From an uncultured Gammaproteobacteria bacterium (GTDB lineage Bacteria > Pseudomonadota > Gammaproteobacteria > Arenicellales > JAANXG01), in the NCBI GenBank assembly GCA_947259395.1, contig CAMYMN010000005.1, forward strand, positions 1,494 to 65,493: a stretch of DNA of 64,000 nt. The letters run 5' to 3'. Positions within the stretch are counted from its first letter, which is position 1, and each line of letters begins with the position of its first letter. Shown piece by piece: positions 18,958-28,928 of this stretch. A model generated the notes under the pieces. The model worked only from the letters and a program-made list of their open reading frames with translations. It was not told where the DNA came from and ran no database searches. Made by a program: the position numbers and the translations under genes.

Positions 18958-19082
18958 CCCCGTGCGTGAGCACGGGGATGGACGCGATGCCCGCACGGTA
19001 TCGTGCGGGCCACGGATGAGGCCGGGTGCGGCTTTGCCGACAACCGGCCGAGTCCAGTGTATCCCCGCGCATAAGCGCGGGG
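18958..19082. repeat. Three tandem GC-rich tetraloop hairpins (REP-like palindromic elements)
   Basis: CCCCGTGC-GTGA-GCACGGGG (18958-18977), GCCCGCACG-GTAT-CGTGCGGGC (18989-19010) and CCCCGCGC-ATAA-GCGCGGGG (19063-19082). They lie in the gap between two minus-strand genes. Confidence 0.6.
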
Positions 19083-19086
19083 AGAT

Positions 19087-19347
19087 TCAATTTACAAGCG
19101 GATGATCCTTGGGCAGTTGCTTGACGTACCACATGGCAAGCTTGTGCCTCATGGATTTTTGCGAGACCTGATTCTCGGGCAAAGGTTGAATTAATTGATC
19201 GTGTACTAACAGGCGGTAGATGTACAGGATCTTCTCGCTCTGAGAATCAGTCGGTTCAAATTCGACGGCGCCGCGATCCTCCCCATATTTGATACCCGCG
19301 AGTATCGCCGCCTTAACCAAGGCCGCTTCATTTTTGAGTTTCTTCAT
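19087..19347 (-). CDS. Hypothetical protein (86 aa)
   Basis: Open frame with plausible protein-like composition. Weak RBS and no recognised motif. Confidence 0.45.
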   Translation of the reverse strand: MKKLKNEAALVKAAILAGIKYGEDRGAVEFEPTDSQSEKILYIYRLLVHDQLIQPLPENQVSQKSMRHKLAMWYVKQLPKDHPLVN

Positions 19348-19447
19348 GACACCAGCCGGAGTCAGGTCTTGGACCTTACCGATTTGGCCAAGACCTGCCC
19401 CAGTTCCCTATTTATCCACGGGCCCGTCGGAACCAGGGACCGTTCGG

Positions 19448-19924
19448 CTACTTCTGGGGTGCGGCCTGAGGGGCGGCGCCCGTGGCGGCTCCCATCATTT
19501 CGTTGTACCAGTTTTCATAGTTTTTGGGATCCATCGCCTTGGTCATATCCTCGAACCACTTAGTGTAGCTCTGCGGATCCATGAGTTTGCCGACTTGGCC
19601 CATGCCCTGCGTGTAGGCATTCGGGTTCATGAGTTGCATGTAGGGTGCTGGATTCATCCACGACATATACATACCCGGGTTCATGTACTGCATGTACGGC
19701 ATCGGATTCATCATTCCCATGTAGGTGTTCGGATTCATCCACATACCCGGATTCATGCCCATCATCATTGGATTCATCATGGTCGACGGATTCATCATGA
19801 CATTTGGATTCATCATCATCCCCATCATCTGATGCGGATTGGGTTGTTGGGCCTGAGCTGCAGTGGTGGCGTACATACCAGCAACCAAAGCCAGCGCACC
19901 GATTGTGGTTGTAAATCTTTTCAT
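19448..19924 (-). CDS. Secreted methionine-rich MNP-repeat protein
   Basis: ATG at 19924 lies 8 nt after GAGGAA. Signal peptide MKRFTTTIGALALVAGMYATTAAQA. The mature part contains at least nine MNP tripeptides (MMMNPNVMMNPSTMMNPMMMGMNPGMWMNPN...) plus two MDP. Confidence 0.7.
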   Translation of the reverse strand: MKRFTTTIGALALVAGMYATTAAQAQQPNPHQMMGMMMNPNVMMNPSTMMNPMMMGMNPGMWMNPNTYMGMMNPMPYMQYMNPGMYMSWMNPAPYMQLMNPNAYTQGMGQVGKLMDPQSYTKWFEDMTKAMDPKNYENWYNEMMGAATGAAPQAAPQK

Positions 19925-20186
19925 TAACATTTCCTCTTTGATGTTGAACTCACCCGGAAGGCCGGGCCTGGCTCGAAGTTTCGGTCGATCTGACATAACC
20001 AACTGTAACGCAAGACGATCACCGTTTCGCGGGGGTAAGCTTGGTTCAGACCAACCCTCAATAGCTTGTGATTATAAACTTTACCCATGCAAAGACCAGA
20101 ATAATTCCCTCGGCGCCGAACCACCAAGAAAACAACACTAATGGGCGCCAATTCATTAGCAATTCTCTTGGTTTAATCCAGCGGCA

Positions 20187-20621
20187 TCATACTGACTCGG
20201 CAGACCGGACAGCGGCCTGAACAAAGTCCGCCTCGGTAACGATTCCCACCAATTTACCTTCCTCAACCACTGGCAAGCATCCGACTTTGTTCTCGAGCAT
20301 TACTTTTGCGGCCTCGTGGGCTGGGGTTTGCGGAGAAGTCGTTAGCACTTCGCTCGTCATCGCCTCCTTGACGGGCAGCGACTCATACATCTTGTCTGCG
20401 ATCCTCGATCCGTAACCCAGCGCGCGCAGTAATGCGCCGCGAAATAGATCTCGCTGTGTGACGATGCCGCAAAGCCGCCCATCGTCGTCCAACACCGGGA
20501 TGTGGCGGATACGCTCTTGCTTTAGCAGGTTATTGGCCAGCGAGAGCCGGTCATTACGTCCCAGCGTAATTACCGGGTCAGCCATTAGATCCCGCACCAG
20601 TGTCGCGCCCTTGCTATTCAT
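20187..20621 (-). CDS. CBS domain pair protein
   Basis: Two CBS motifs (VRDLMADPVITL...IRHIPVLDDDGRLCGIVTQRDL and VKEAMTSEVLTT...VGCLPVVEEGKLVGIVTEADF). Confidence 0.85.
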   Translation of the reverse strand: MNSKGATLVRDLMADPVITLGRNDRLSLANNLLKQERIRHIPVLDDDGRLCGIVTQRDLFRGALLRALGYGSRIADKMYESLPVKEAMTSEVLTTSPQTPAHEAAKVMLENKVGCLPVVEEGKLVGIVTEADFVQAAVRSAESV

Positions 20622-20882
20622 AAGCCCCTTCGCATTTCATCCACCAACGTTCATGGTTGTCAAAGTATAACTTATGTTTTTCTTCCTTCCGAGATGCTTG
20701 GTTGCGATCAACCTCATCAGTCCTTTTCGTTGACCCGCATCAAGGAGTCATCGGTTTCAGCATGGATAATCGTAGGCTGGTTGCATGAACAAACCGGTTA
20801 CGACACGTATCTCTATTTAAGAAGCACGCACCACTGATAAACTACCAGTTGTCCTAAAAGACTATGATTCGGAGGGTTTGAA

Positions 20883-21269
20883 ATGGGATACAAGCTGAAA
20901 ACACTGCTTTGGTTGGCGGTTGTTGCCGCGGCGAACCTTGGTTCGGCGCACGTTGTACACGCGCAGTCGGCAACGACTATCTCGGCCGATGTGCTCACTC
21001 GTTACACCGTGGTCGAAGGTGATAATTTGTCAAGAATTGCAGAACATAATGCCGTCTATGGTGATGGTCACTTATGGCCGTTAATTTTCAAGGCCAACAC
21101 CGACAAACTCAGCGATCCGGAAAAACTGAAACCAGGCATGGTTCTGGTGATTCCCCGCAACTTGTCGCAAGTGGAAATCGATGCGGCTTCGAGCTACGCG
21201 AAAAAGCGGCCGGGAGTACCGACCAATCGTGTCAAGGAGCTCGACCTCGAGTATTTGCAAGGCGATTGA
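20883..21269 (+). CDS. LysM peptidoglycan-binding domain protein, secreted
   Basis: GGAGG RBS, a signal peptide, and a LysM core (YTVVEGDNLSRIAEH ... LKPGMVLVIP). Confidence 0.85.
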   Translation: MGYKLKTLLWLAVVAAANLGSAHVVHAQSATTISADVLTRYTVVEGDNLSRIAEHNAVYGDGHLWPLIFKANTDKLSDPEKLKPGMVLVIPRNLSQVEIDAASSYAKKRPGVPTNRVKELDLEYLQGD

Positions 21270-21493
21270 TCTGGTAGCTCGCTGAGTGGGCGGCTGGGCA
21301 CCGCTGCTATTTGGTGATTTTCGCCTTGTATTTTTCGTCAATAGGCTCCATGATATAGGCACAATCTACGTTCTGGTCTGCCTTCAGCTACCCGCCTGTT
21401 TCCGGGCGGTCGTTTAAAGTCACCCTCGACAATTAGGTTGTTCGACACGCGCCCGATTTGCGCGCGGATTATTTAGTTTATACGGAGGCCAGA

Positions 21494-21697
21494 ATGGCTA
21501 TTGGTACTGTAAAGTGGTTTAACCCCGTCAAGGGCTTCGGTTTTATCAAGCCGGAGAGTGGTTCACGCGATGTGTTCGTGCATATCAGTGCAGTGGAGCG
21601 CTCGGGGCTCGGAACGCTGGTCGAAGGTCAGCGCCTGAGCTACGATATTGTCAATGAGCGCGGCAAAGAAGCCGCTGACAATCTCAAGACGGCATAA
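21494..21697 (+). CDS. Cold-shock protein, CspA family
   Basis: MAIGTVKWFNPVKGFGFIKPESGSRDVFVHISAV carries the RNP1 (KGFGFI) and RNP2 (VFVHI) motifs. GGAGG lies 5 nt upstream of the ATG at 21494. Confidence 0.95.
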   Translation: MAIGTVKWFNPVKGFGFIKPESGSRDVFVHISAVERSGLGTLVEGQRLSYDIVNERGKEAADNLKTA

Positions 21698-21743
21698 CCA
21701 AAAAGCGTTAGACGTCCTCGCGGCGTTTTGCTTTTGAATATGC

Positions 21744-21775
21744 AAAAGGCAGCCCTCAATGGGCTGCCTTTTTTA
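21744..21775. terminator. Bidirectional rho-independent terminator between the convergent csp and OMP genes
   Basis: AAAA-GGCAGCCC-TCAAT-GGGCTGCC-TTTTTT: an 8-bp GC stem flanked by an A-run and a T-run. Confidence 0.85.
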
Positions 21776-21875
21776 ATACCTAGATCGCATGTTGATAACG
21801 GCGCCGGTGTCCCGCCGGCCTAGCAGCATCTAATTTCCAGCGCAATTCGATCTTAATTGCCGTGCTGATCGGCTG

Positions 21876-22538
21876 TCAGTAATTGAACCGCACGCCTAAC
21901 AGCACATTGTTGGATCGATACTCGATTTCCGTGGCTACACCGCCGGTGGCAGCGGATGTCTGCACACTGGGATCATCGGTGGCGAAGTAGCGATATTCAC
22001 CGAAGATCTCGGCGCTCTGCGAAATGTCCCAGCTGGCCCCGGCAATGACTTGGAATGCCAATACCGACTCGCCTTCAGACAGCACGTTTGGTATCGCAGT
22101 TACGCCAAACCCATCTGCCTCGACATGCGCGATTCCTAAGCCGCCCCCCAGGTACGGACTAAAACTCGACTGATCGCTGAAATCCACCAGTAGGTTCACC
22201 ATGAAAGCGGTACTCTCGATATCGCCGGCCGAGCCTGCCAAGGCACTACCGTTAAGTTTGTGCGTGTCCACGTCGTTGGACCGATAACTGACTTCGGCCT
22301 CGGCGCGAAGGCGATTGCCGGTGCCGACCTCTCGCAGCCGCCAACCAATCGCCGCGCCGAAACCGTATCCGTTATCGAAGTCGGTATTGATCGCGCCCGT
22401 CGCGACCTGAAAATCGAAGTCTTTGACATCGGTGTACGCACCCCACAAAGAAAAATAATTGTCTGCAAGTGCCGCTGACGATACGCCCGCAGCGACCATA
22501 GTAACCACACCGGCGATTATTGATCTACGCAGAATCAT
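21876..22538 (-). CDS. Outer-membrane beta-barrel protein (OmpA-like TM / opacity-porin family)
   Basis: Signal peptide, alternating amphipathic strands, and a C-terminal LLGVRFNY with a terminal aromatic residue. Confidence 0.8.
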   Translation of the reverse strand: MILRRSIIAGVVTMVAAGVSSAALADNYFSLWGAYTDVKDFDFQVATGAINTDFDNGYGFGAAIGWRLREVGTGNRLRAEAEVSYRSNDVDTHKLNGSALAGSAGDIESTAFMVNLLVDFSDQSSFSPYLGGGLGIAHVEADGFGVTAIPNVLSEGESVLAFQVIAGASWDISQSAEIFGEYRYFATDDPSVQTSAATGGVATEIEYRSNNVLLGVRFNY

Positions 22539-22749
22539 GATGAGACCTCCATAAAAAAATGTTTTTGGCGAATTGAATCAACGCGCGGCCCGAGAACGCG
22601 ACAGAATCCTGTAGGCACCTAGTCTATCAAATTTAAGTGAAGACGCGGTGAAGAAAGCAATATTTTGTAATTATAGGGGATGCAACAATGATGCTCCGTT
22701 CTCGCATTGAGTGGTAGTGCGACATGGCCGAACCTCGTCCCGCTCTTGA

Positions 22750-24192
22750 TCAATGACGCTCAAAATAGTCCTTGATTGCCTTCATTGCCCGGCAGTCGTC
22801 TTCATTGTATTCGAGAATACGTCGCAGGATATCCTTGCGTAATGGATTCTGAATGTGCTCGTTGTACCAAACAATCGAGTTAGCACCGCTTGGGTCTGGA
22901 TCGCGCCACGAGAAACCAATTAGCTTAGCGATGCTTTTGATGCCGTAGGTATAAGTGGGCCAGTCAGAATACTTAACCACCAAATCGGTATACAGATCGT
23001 ATTCACGCTCAACATACCGGTCATACACCGTTGGATCGAGATCATAGCGTTCCATCAGCCGGCGCAGGGATGTCCGTTCTTTGGGGGAATAAACATAAAA
23101 CACGGTATCGTTTGCCTGTGAGACATAGTCCCAGAATTCTCTCGCAGTTTTCTCTTCATCATCCGGAGATTCGGCCAAAAAGTAGTGGTATCGCCAGTCG
23201 CCGTAACCGTCTTGTTCGATCATGCCATAGAGATACGTGAGATCCCGCGTGGGATCATCCTCAATATCGAAATATATTTCGACGTTACCGGTTGGAAACT
23301 CGAAACCATGATGAACAATCGGCTCACCGGACAGAGCTACTTTAGCGCGCTGTTTCATCCTCGCCAGACTTATCTCACCCATGCGCGGGATCTTATTGGC
23401 GGGTCTTAGGTACTTTGCAACATCCATCTCGGCAATATCGGCGACCGTCTCGAGTCCCGCCTGCTTCAACTGGAACTTATTTTGACCCACAAAGAACAGC
23501 AACGTCGGATCCTGATGGCGTTCCACCCAATGTCGGCATTTACGATACCACGCGCATTGGTGGCAGGCGCTGCCGAGAACGGGCTCCGATGTGTCGTCCC
23601 CGCCAACCAGCTGCTCTACTTCCTTAAAAGCATTGTCAAATTCCGCCATAAAGTTCGCGGGATCGAATTCCTCGATCTGTTTGTCGGTATTAATGATATG
23701 CGCTAAAGGCGGACAATAACCTTGCAACTCAGCGAGAATTATTCGATAAAAAATAATCTGAAAGGCGTAGTGGGTTTTAAATTTGGCCCGCTTCCCATCC
23801 TGCTGTTGCCAGCCGCGGCCCGCCTTGATATCAATTGGCTCATAGTGATAGTCACCGAAATGAGATCCGGCATCTGTCCGCTTGAGCAGCAGATCGGGCC
23901 GTCCAACTAGTTCATTCGACTGAATAACACCCTGATAGATCAGATGCACGCCTTGTTGCATCAAATCGATGGTCCGCCCCGCCGCCTGATCTAGTGAAAG
24001 GTTCTCGAGGTTTTCAAATTCTACATCTCCCAACGTCTGCAAATACTCTATTTCCGTTTGCAGTCCCATCTCCCAGAGCATCTGGATGAAGGGGCTGACC
24101 TCCCCGCGCTCCGCAGGATTACCATTGGCGTCGAGATAAACCCGATGTTTGCATTTCGTGTAGTTGTACAAGTCCTGGGCGGTAATTCGCAT
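22750..24192 (-). CDS. RecB-like putative nuclease (TM0106 family type): N-terminal PD-(D/E)xK/Cas4-like domain plus C-terminal RNase H-fold exonuclease-like domain
   Basis: N-terminus MRITAQDLYNYTKCKHRVYLD. Cys cluster CHQCAWYRKC. The C-terminal half has IYFDIEDDP and YNEDDCRAM (DEDD-like ExoI/ExoIII motifs). Confidence 0.7.
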   Translation of the reverse strand: MRITAQDLYNYTKCKHRVYLDANGNPAERGEVSPFIQMLWEMGLQTEIEYLQTLGDVEFENLENLSLDQAAGRTIDLMQQGVHLIYQGVIQSNELVGRPDLLLKRTDAGSHFGDYHYEPIDIKAGRGWQQQDGKRAKFKTHYAFQIIFYRIILAELQGYCPPLAHIINTDKQIEEFDPANFMAEFDNAFKEVEQLVGGDDTSEPVLGSACHQCAWYRKCRHWVERHQDPTLLFFVGQNKFQLKQAGLETVADIAEMDVAKYLRPANKIPRMGEISLARMKQRAKVALSGEPIVHHGFEFPTGNVEIYFDIEDDPTRDLTYLYGMIEQDGYGDWRYHYFLAESPDDEEKTAREFWDYVSQANDTVFYVYSPKERTSLRRLMERYDLDPTVYDRYVEREYDLYTDLVVKYSDWPTYTYGIKSIAKLIGFSWRDPDPSGANSIVWYNEHIQNPLRKDILRRILEYNEDDCRAMKAIKDYFERH

Positions 24193-24277
24193 TGGTGATC
24201 GTCGAAATCAATAACTAGCTTGCAGCACAATCCGGTGTCGTTGACGATGGTGTCGCCCACAGCGGCAATGTCCGCGA

Positions 24278-25480
24278 CTAGACTGCGGATCTGGGTTTAA
24301 CTTTGGTCCCATCTTCAATCGTGTCATCAGGGTGAGTGATGACCATCTCATCTTCTTTTAGACCCTTGATCACTTGTGACACCAATCCGTTGTTGCGGCC
24401 AACTTCCACGACGCGGAGGCGCGCCACTCCTTCATCGATGGCGAATACCGCCCACTGGTTTTGGCCGTATCGGAATAGTGCGCTGGCCGGAATTTGCAAC
24501 ACATCGTCCTCCTGCCAGATGAGGAAACTTGCCTCAAGACGATAGCCATCGCCGAGACGAACCCATTTTTCCGGCGGTGACGTGATGTCCACAATCACCC
24601 ACACCCTTTGCTCTTCAATACCGAGCGCCGATATCTTGGTGAATCCCGTCGGCTCAACTACGCGTACTACCCCTTCCAACAGGCCTTCACCGCCCCAGCG
24701 ATCGAATAACACCCGGGTGCCGGGTTCCACGCGTACGGCATCCGCCGACAGCAGATCGACTACAACCTCCAATGCGCGTGGGTCTCCAACCTCGACCAGT
24801 GCCTGTCCAGCTTGGACGACGCCCTCACTCTTTTGGTGCAACTTCAGAACCGTGCCGGCCACCGGCGACCGGACCTGGACCCATTCGCCATTGCCCTCGA
24901 CCTGTGCCGCGGAATAGGCCAAGGCGGTGCGTGCCGCCTCCAACTCGTGTCGCGCCACATCCACGGCAAACTGTGCCGAGCGCAGATCCGCAGCAGTACG
25001 TTGCTTTTGGTTGCGTGCCGCTTCCAGGGCCTCCTGGGAGATGGTGCGGCTCTTCCACAAACGCTGTTTACGATCGTATTCTCTAGCTGCGTATTCAGCA
25101 TCGGCCCGGGCCGCTCGTGTCTTCGCCTCACCGGCATCCAGCGAGGCCTGGGCAGCAGCCGCCCGTGCGCGGGCCTCTGCGCGGCGCCGCGGGTCCAACA
25201 CGTCGGACCGCAACGGTTCCAGTTCCACGGCAGCCTGGCCCTGTTGCACGCGATCTCCCACATCGAATTGGATGCGACGTGCATAACCGGCTACCGGCGC
25301 CGACACCACATAGCGATCGATGACCCGGGTCTTGCCCTCCTCATCCACAGTAACCGACAGCACATCTCGCTTAACCGGCGCGGCGTCCACCAACACCGCC
25401 CGCGGCCAGTAGCCCCAAACGATGGCCACCACGATGCCAACGGACAATAAGATCAGTCGCAATCGGCGTCCCCAGGACAT
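24278..25480 (-). CDS. Efflux periplasmic adaptor (HlyD/MacA-like membrane fusion protein)
   Basis: N-terminal TM anchor, a lipoyl-like region, a long Ala/Arg-rich coiled-coil hairpin (RRRAEARARAAAAQASLDAGEAKTRAARADAEYAAREY), and a beta-barrel C-terminus. Confidence 0.85.
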   Translation of the reverse strand: MSWGRRLRLILLSVGIVVAIVWGYWPRAVLVDAAPVKRDVLSVTVDEEGKTRVIDRYVVSAPVAGYARRIQFDVGDRVQQGQAAVELEPLRSDVLDPRRRAEARARAAAAQASLDAGEAKTRAARADAEYAAREYDRKQRLWKSRTISQEALEAARNQKQRTAADLRSAQFAVDVARHELEAARTALAYSAAQVEGNGEWVQVRSPVAGTVLKLHQKSEGVVQAGQALVEVGDPRALEVVVDLLSADAVRVEPGTRVLFDRWGGEGLLEGVVRVVEPTGFTKISALGIEEQRVWVIVDITSPPEKWVRLGDGYRLEASFLIWQEDDVLQIPASALFRYGQNQWAVFAIDEGVARLRVVEVGRNNGLVSQVIKGLKEDEMVITHPDDTIEDGTKVKPRSAV

Positions 25481-25485
25481 GTTGC

Positions 25486-27921
25486 TTACTCCCTTGTTTT
25501 TAATACGGCGATCAAATCTAAGCGGCGCAACCGGCGCCAGACCAGGTATCCCGAGATGACCGCCGAAACGAGTATTACTACTGTCGCGAATGAATACGCG
25601 TCGGGTTCCAGGATCAGTGGAATCCGATAGAGATCCGATTCGAACTGAGACACCAGGTACGCGCAGAGTGCGCGCCCAAACATAAATCCCAATGGCAATG
25701 CCATCAGCGTGAGCACCGCGAGTTCACCGAGCAGGATATAAGCGATCTCACCTACGGTGAATCCTAGCACACGCAAACTGGCTAATTCCCGGCCGCGTTC
25801 TGACAACGCAATTCGCGCGCTGTTGTAGACGACGCCGAATGCGATCACCGCCCCAAGCGTCGCCGACACCATGGTAAAAAACAAGATCGTCTGTTCCATG
25901 GTCTGGTTGAATTGCGCAATCGCTGCTTGACGGACTATTGTGCCGGATACCCGCGGCATCTCCTTGAGCCGCGCGTAGACCTCACGTTGGTGGCGGCTGT
26001 CGGTAGCGATGTAGGCACCATTGATCACATCACCCTCTTGGAGCAGCCGGTTGAGCGCGTTACGCGGCAGATAGACGGATACGCCGAGATATTGCTTCGT
26101 TGTAGCGACCATCGGTACGCGTAACGCAGGTTGACTTGCCGCCAGCACATCCGCGAATTGAAACGTCTTTGGACGCGCAAATCCTGCGGCGCGCAATACC
26201 GGCTCACTGTCTTCCAACACTTCCACGGTTACCCAGTCACCAGTCCTCATACCCAGAAGCTTGGCGAGGTAGTCGGTCATCACCACTCCCGCCGCGGGAA
26301 GTTTGATACGCTTGAGGTCCTTATCCAAGACGCGATGTAGCTCCCCACCGGGCTCAACGCCTTGCAGCGCAGTGCGAAAACTCCGATGCCCGAAATGTAA
26401 GCGCGCCGGCACACTCCGGAATCCCTCTACGTGTGCAACCCCCGCCAAACCCTTGAGTGAATGCAGCGCCCGCACCGAAGTCGGCTCGACGAAACTGACT
26501 GATAAATCCTCACGCGAACTCATTCCGTACTGGACATCGATCATGTAATGAATTGCGTCTTCTTGAAAGTTGGATACCATCACGACACCGCAGGCGCTGG
26601 CAATCCCGACGACCGTCAATAGCGCACGCAATGGCTGGCGCTCAATATGGCGCATGATCATGCGCGTTGGTTGTGCGAACCATCGCTGTAGCCCGACCCG
26701 TTCGACCAGCGTGGCACGGTATTCGGTCGGCGTCTCCGGCCGCATACCCTCCGCAGGCGGCAGGCGTACTGCACGGGCTACGGAAAATAATGTACCTGCA
26801 AGCCCGGCCACTACGGCCACCAAAGCCGCATTGATGACAACGCTTGGTTTCAACTCGTACTGCAAAAAAGGGAACCGGTAGAAATCCTGGTATACGGCGG
26901 ACATACCCTTACCCAAAAAGATACCCACCACCACACCACCGGCCAATCCAATGGCCACGATCATGAGCGAGAGTTTGGTGTAATGCCAACCGACCTCAAT
27001 ATTCCCGTAGCCGAACGCCTTGAGTATGGCGATCTGCTCGCGCTCTGTATTGATTAGACGCCCGATTACCACATTCAGAAGAAAAGCGGCGACACCGAGA
27101 AAAATCACCGGAAATACCGTTGCCATGGTCTCGAGCTGCCCGAATTCTTCGGCTAAGAATTTATGCGACAGTTGATCTTCGCGCCCATAAGCGCCACGCC
27201 CGCCAAACGGTCTGAGTAACTCGTCTAGCCGGTCGACGACGTCATCGAGATTGGCGTCTGCGGTCAGCGACAGCGCGAGGTCGTTGAATGCCCCTTCCAT
27301 ATCGTAGGCCGCCGCCAGCGGCGCCCGTGCCATCCACAATATGCCGAAGCGCTGGTAGTCCGGGAACACCGCACCAGGTTGAATCTCGTAGATATACTCG
27401 GGAGATAGGACGATACCGACAATGGTTAACTCCTTGCGCCGGCCATTGATGGTGGCGAAAACATTATCGCGTAATTCAAACCGGTGCGCATTGGCGAAAG
27501 ATTCGCTGATCACCACCTCGTCATCGCGTACGGGATTCACCATCCGTCCACGGCGAAGATACAAATTGTTGAACAGCGGCGCGCCGCGATCGGGCACCGA
27601 CACGAGTTGTCCCGACGCCGGATCATCGAATCCTGGGATGTCGAGGTTGACTGCAGCGACCACCCGGGTTTCAACCTTGTCGACGCCCCGGATATCGAGG
27701 AGACGCCGCGTCAGGCTTTCCGGGGCGCGCTTCAGGCTCGCGAATACCTGCGCGAAACGATAATCGCGATAGTACTTGGACTGGGTAAGCAATAGGGAAT
27801 CATAGGTCGATAGAGACATGATGAACGTCGACACGCCACCAACGAGCACCAAGGCAATGGCCAGCACGACGCCGCGTAACCGCATCAGGTCCCGCAGCAA
27901 TTTTAGGTCGAGGGCACGCAT
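25486..27921 (-). CDS. ABC transporter permease with two FtsX-like domains
   Basis: 811 aa. Two FtsX-type 4-TM modules are separated by large periplasmic domains. The start follows the ATPase gene within 3 nt. Confidence 0.85.
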   Translation of the reverse strand: MRALDLKLLRDLMRLRGVVLAIALVLVGGVSTFIMSLSTYDSLLLTQSKYYRDYRFAQVFASLKRAPESLTRRLLDIRGVDKVETRVVAAVNLDIPGFDDPASGQLVSVPDRGAPLFNNLYLRRGRMVNPVRDDEVVISESFANAHRFELRDNVFATINGRRKELTIVGIVLSPEYIYEIQPGAVFPDYQRFGILWMARAPLAAAYDMEGAFNDLALSLTADANLDDVVDRLDELLRPFGGRGAYGREDQLSHKFLAEEFGQLETMATVFPVIFLGVAAFLLNVVIGRLINTEREQIAILKAFGYGNIEVGWHYTKLSLMIVAIGLAGGVVVGIFLGKGMSAVYQDFYRFPFLQYELKPSVVINAALVAVVAGLAGTLFSVARAVRLPPAEGMRPETPTEYRATLVERVGLQRWFAQPTRMIMRHIERQPLRALLTVVGIASACGVVMVSNFQEDAIHYMIDVQYGMSSREDLSVSFVEPTSVRALHSLKGLAGVAHVEGFRSVPARLHFGHRSFRTALQGVEPGGELHRVLDKDLKRIKLPAAGVVMTDYLAKLLGMRTGDWVTVEVLEDSEPVLRAAGFARPKTFQFADVLAASQPALRVPMVATTKQYLGVSVYLPRNALNRLLQEGDVINGAYIATDSRHQREVYARLKEMPRVSGTIVRQAAIAQFNQTMEQTILFFTMVSATLGAVIAFGVVYNSARIALSERGRELASLRVLGFTVGEIAYILLGELAVLTLMALPLGFMFGRALCAYLVSQFESDLYRIPLILEPDAYSFATVVILVSAVISGYLVWRRLRRLDLIAVLKTRE

Positions 27922-27923
27922 GT

Positions 27924-28649
27924 CTACCAGCGCAGCTCACTGGCGGGTTTCTTCGTGACATTGCGGTGGACATCGACGATACGCCCGTCGGCCAAACGCA
28001 CTACACGGTCCGCCATGGCTGCGATATCCGCGTTATGGGTAATCAGCGCCGTAGTGGTGCCCAGTTCCCGATTGACACGCTCCAAGACTTCCAACACCAC
28101 GATTCCAGTGGTTGAATCCAAAGCGCCGGTAGGCTCGTCGCACAACAGCACCGACGGCCGCTTGGCGATAGCCCGGGCGATGGCCACGCGTTGCTGTTCA
28201 CCTCCCGACAACTGCGCTGGGAAGTGATCCACGCGCTCGCCCAAACCCACTAATGCCAAAGCCTCTTGCGGCGCCATTGCGTCGCGAGCGATCTCGGTCA
28301 CCGCAGCAACATTTTCGCGAGCAGTGAGGCTGGGGATCAAATTATAGAACTGGAAGACAAAGCCGACATGGTGACGGCGGTAGTCAGTCAGTTCGGTATC
28401 GCCCGCCTTGGTCAGCTCACGGCCGCGATAAATCACGTGCCCAGCGGTCGCCGTATCCAATCCACCCAGGATATTGAGCAATGTCGACTTGCCGCTTCCC
28501 GACGGGCCCAGCAGGACCAGTAATTCCCCACTATAAAGGTCGATATCCACCCCGCGTAAGGCGTGCACCTGAACCTCACCCATATCGTAGACCTTGGTGA
28601 GCCCGCGCGCCTGGAATACGATCCCGTTTGCATCCGTGATGGACATCAT
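27924..28649 (-). CDS. ABC transporter ATP-binding protein (MacB/LolD-like)
   Basis: Walker [10 protein letters not shown], signature [14 protein letters not shown], Walker [13 protein letters not shown]. Confidence 0.92.
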   Translation of the reverse strand: MMSITDANGIVFQARGLTKVYDMGEVQVHALRGVDIDLYSGELLVLLGPSGSGKSTLLNILGGLDTATAGHVIYRGRELTKAGDTELTDYRRHHVGFVFQFYNLIPSLTARENVAAVTEIARDAMAPQEALALVGLGERVDHFPAQLSGGEQQRVAIARAIAKRPSVLLCDEPTGALDSTTGIVVLEVLERVNRELGTTTALITHNADIAAMADRVVRLADGRIVDVHRNVTKKPASELRW

Positions 28650-28928
28650 ATTGATTGCCGTGGATTAGTGCCAACCTAACGCATCACATCTATCGGTCCG
28701 ATCGGAACAGCCATAGAGGATCATCGTCCTTCCGCAGGCCAATCGCAACCCTGCCAGCACCACGTCCGGACAATCGATTGCGTCACCATCATCCGGGTTC
28801 CTTAGCGCAATATGCGGTTTAAAATCTATCCCGATTCTTGACCGCCGGGAGCTCTGCCGCCACTATAATCAAGCCTGCAAACAGAAATTGTGATCTAGGC
28901 ACCAATTCTCGATAATCATGCCTGGGCA

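Noticed and set aside
18955-19088. Possible degenerate type I-E CRISPR array (29-nt units with a CCCCGCGC...GCGCGGGG core)
   Set aside because: There are only three hairpins, with irregular spacing (about 32 and about 73 nt between stems instead of a fixed period of about 61 nt). The middle unit has a different sequence. There is no leader and no cas genes anywhere in the window. REP-like elements explain them better.
19289-19927. 212-aa plus-strand ORF with a striking His-rich tract (HHHWIHHGRRIHHDIWIHHHPHH)
   Set aside because: It is the antisense reading of the ATGAATCC repeats of the Met-rich gene. It has no RBS or signal peptide, whereas the minus-strand frame has both.
24582-25450. Multiple 100-210-aa ORFs on both strands inside the membrane-fusion-protein gene
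   Set aside because: All overlap the HlyD/MacA-like frame. The Ala/Arg-rich coiled-coil coding region is GC-rich and stop-poor in every frame.
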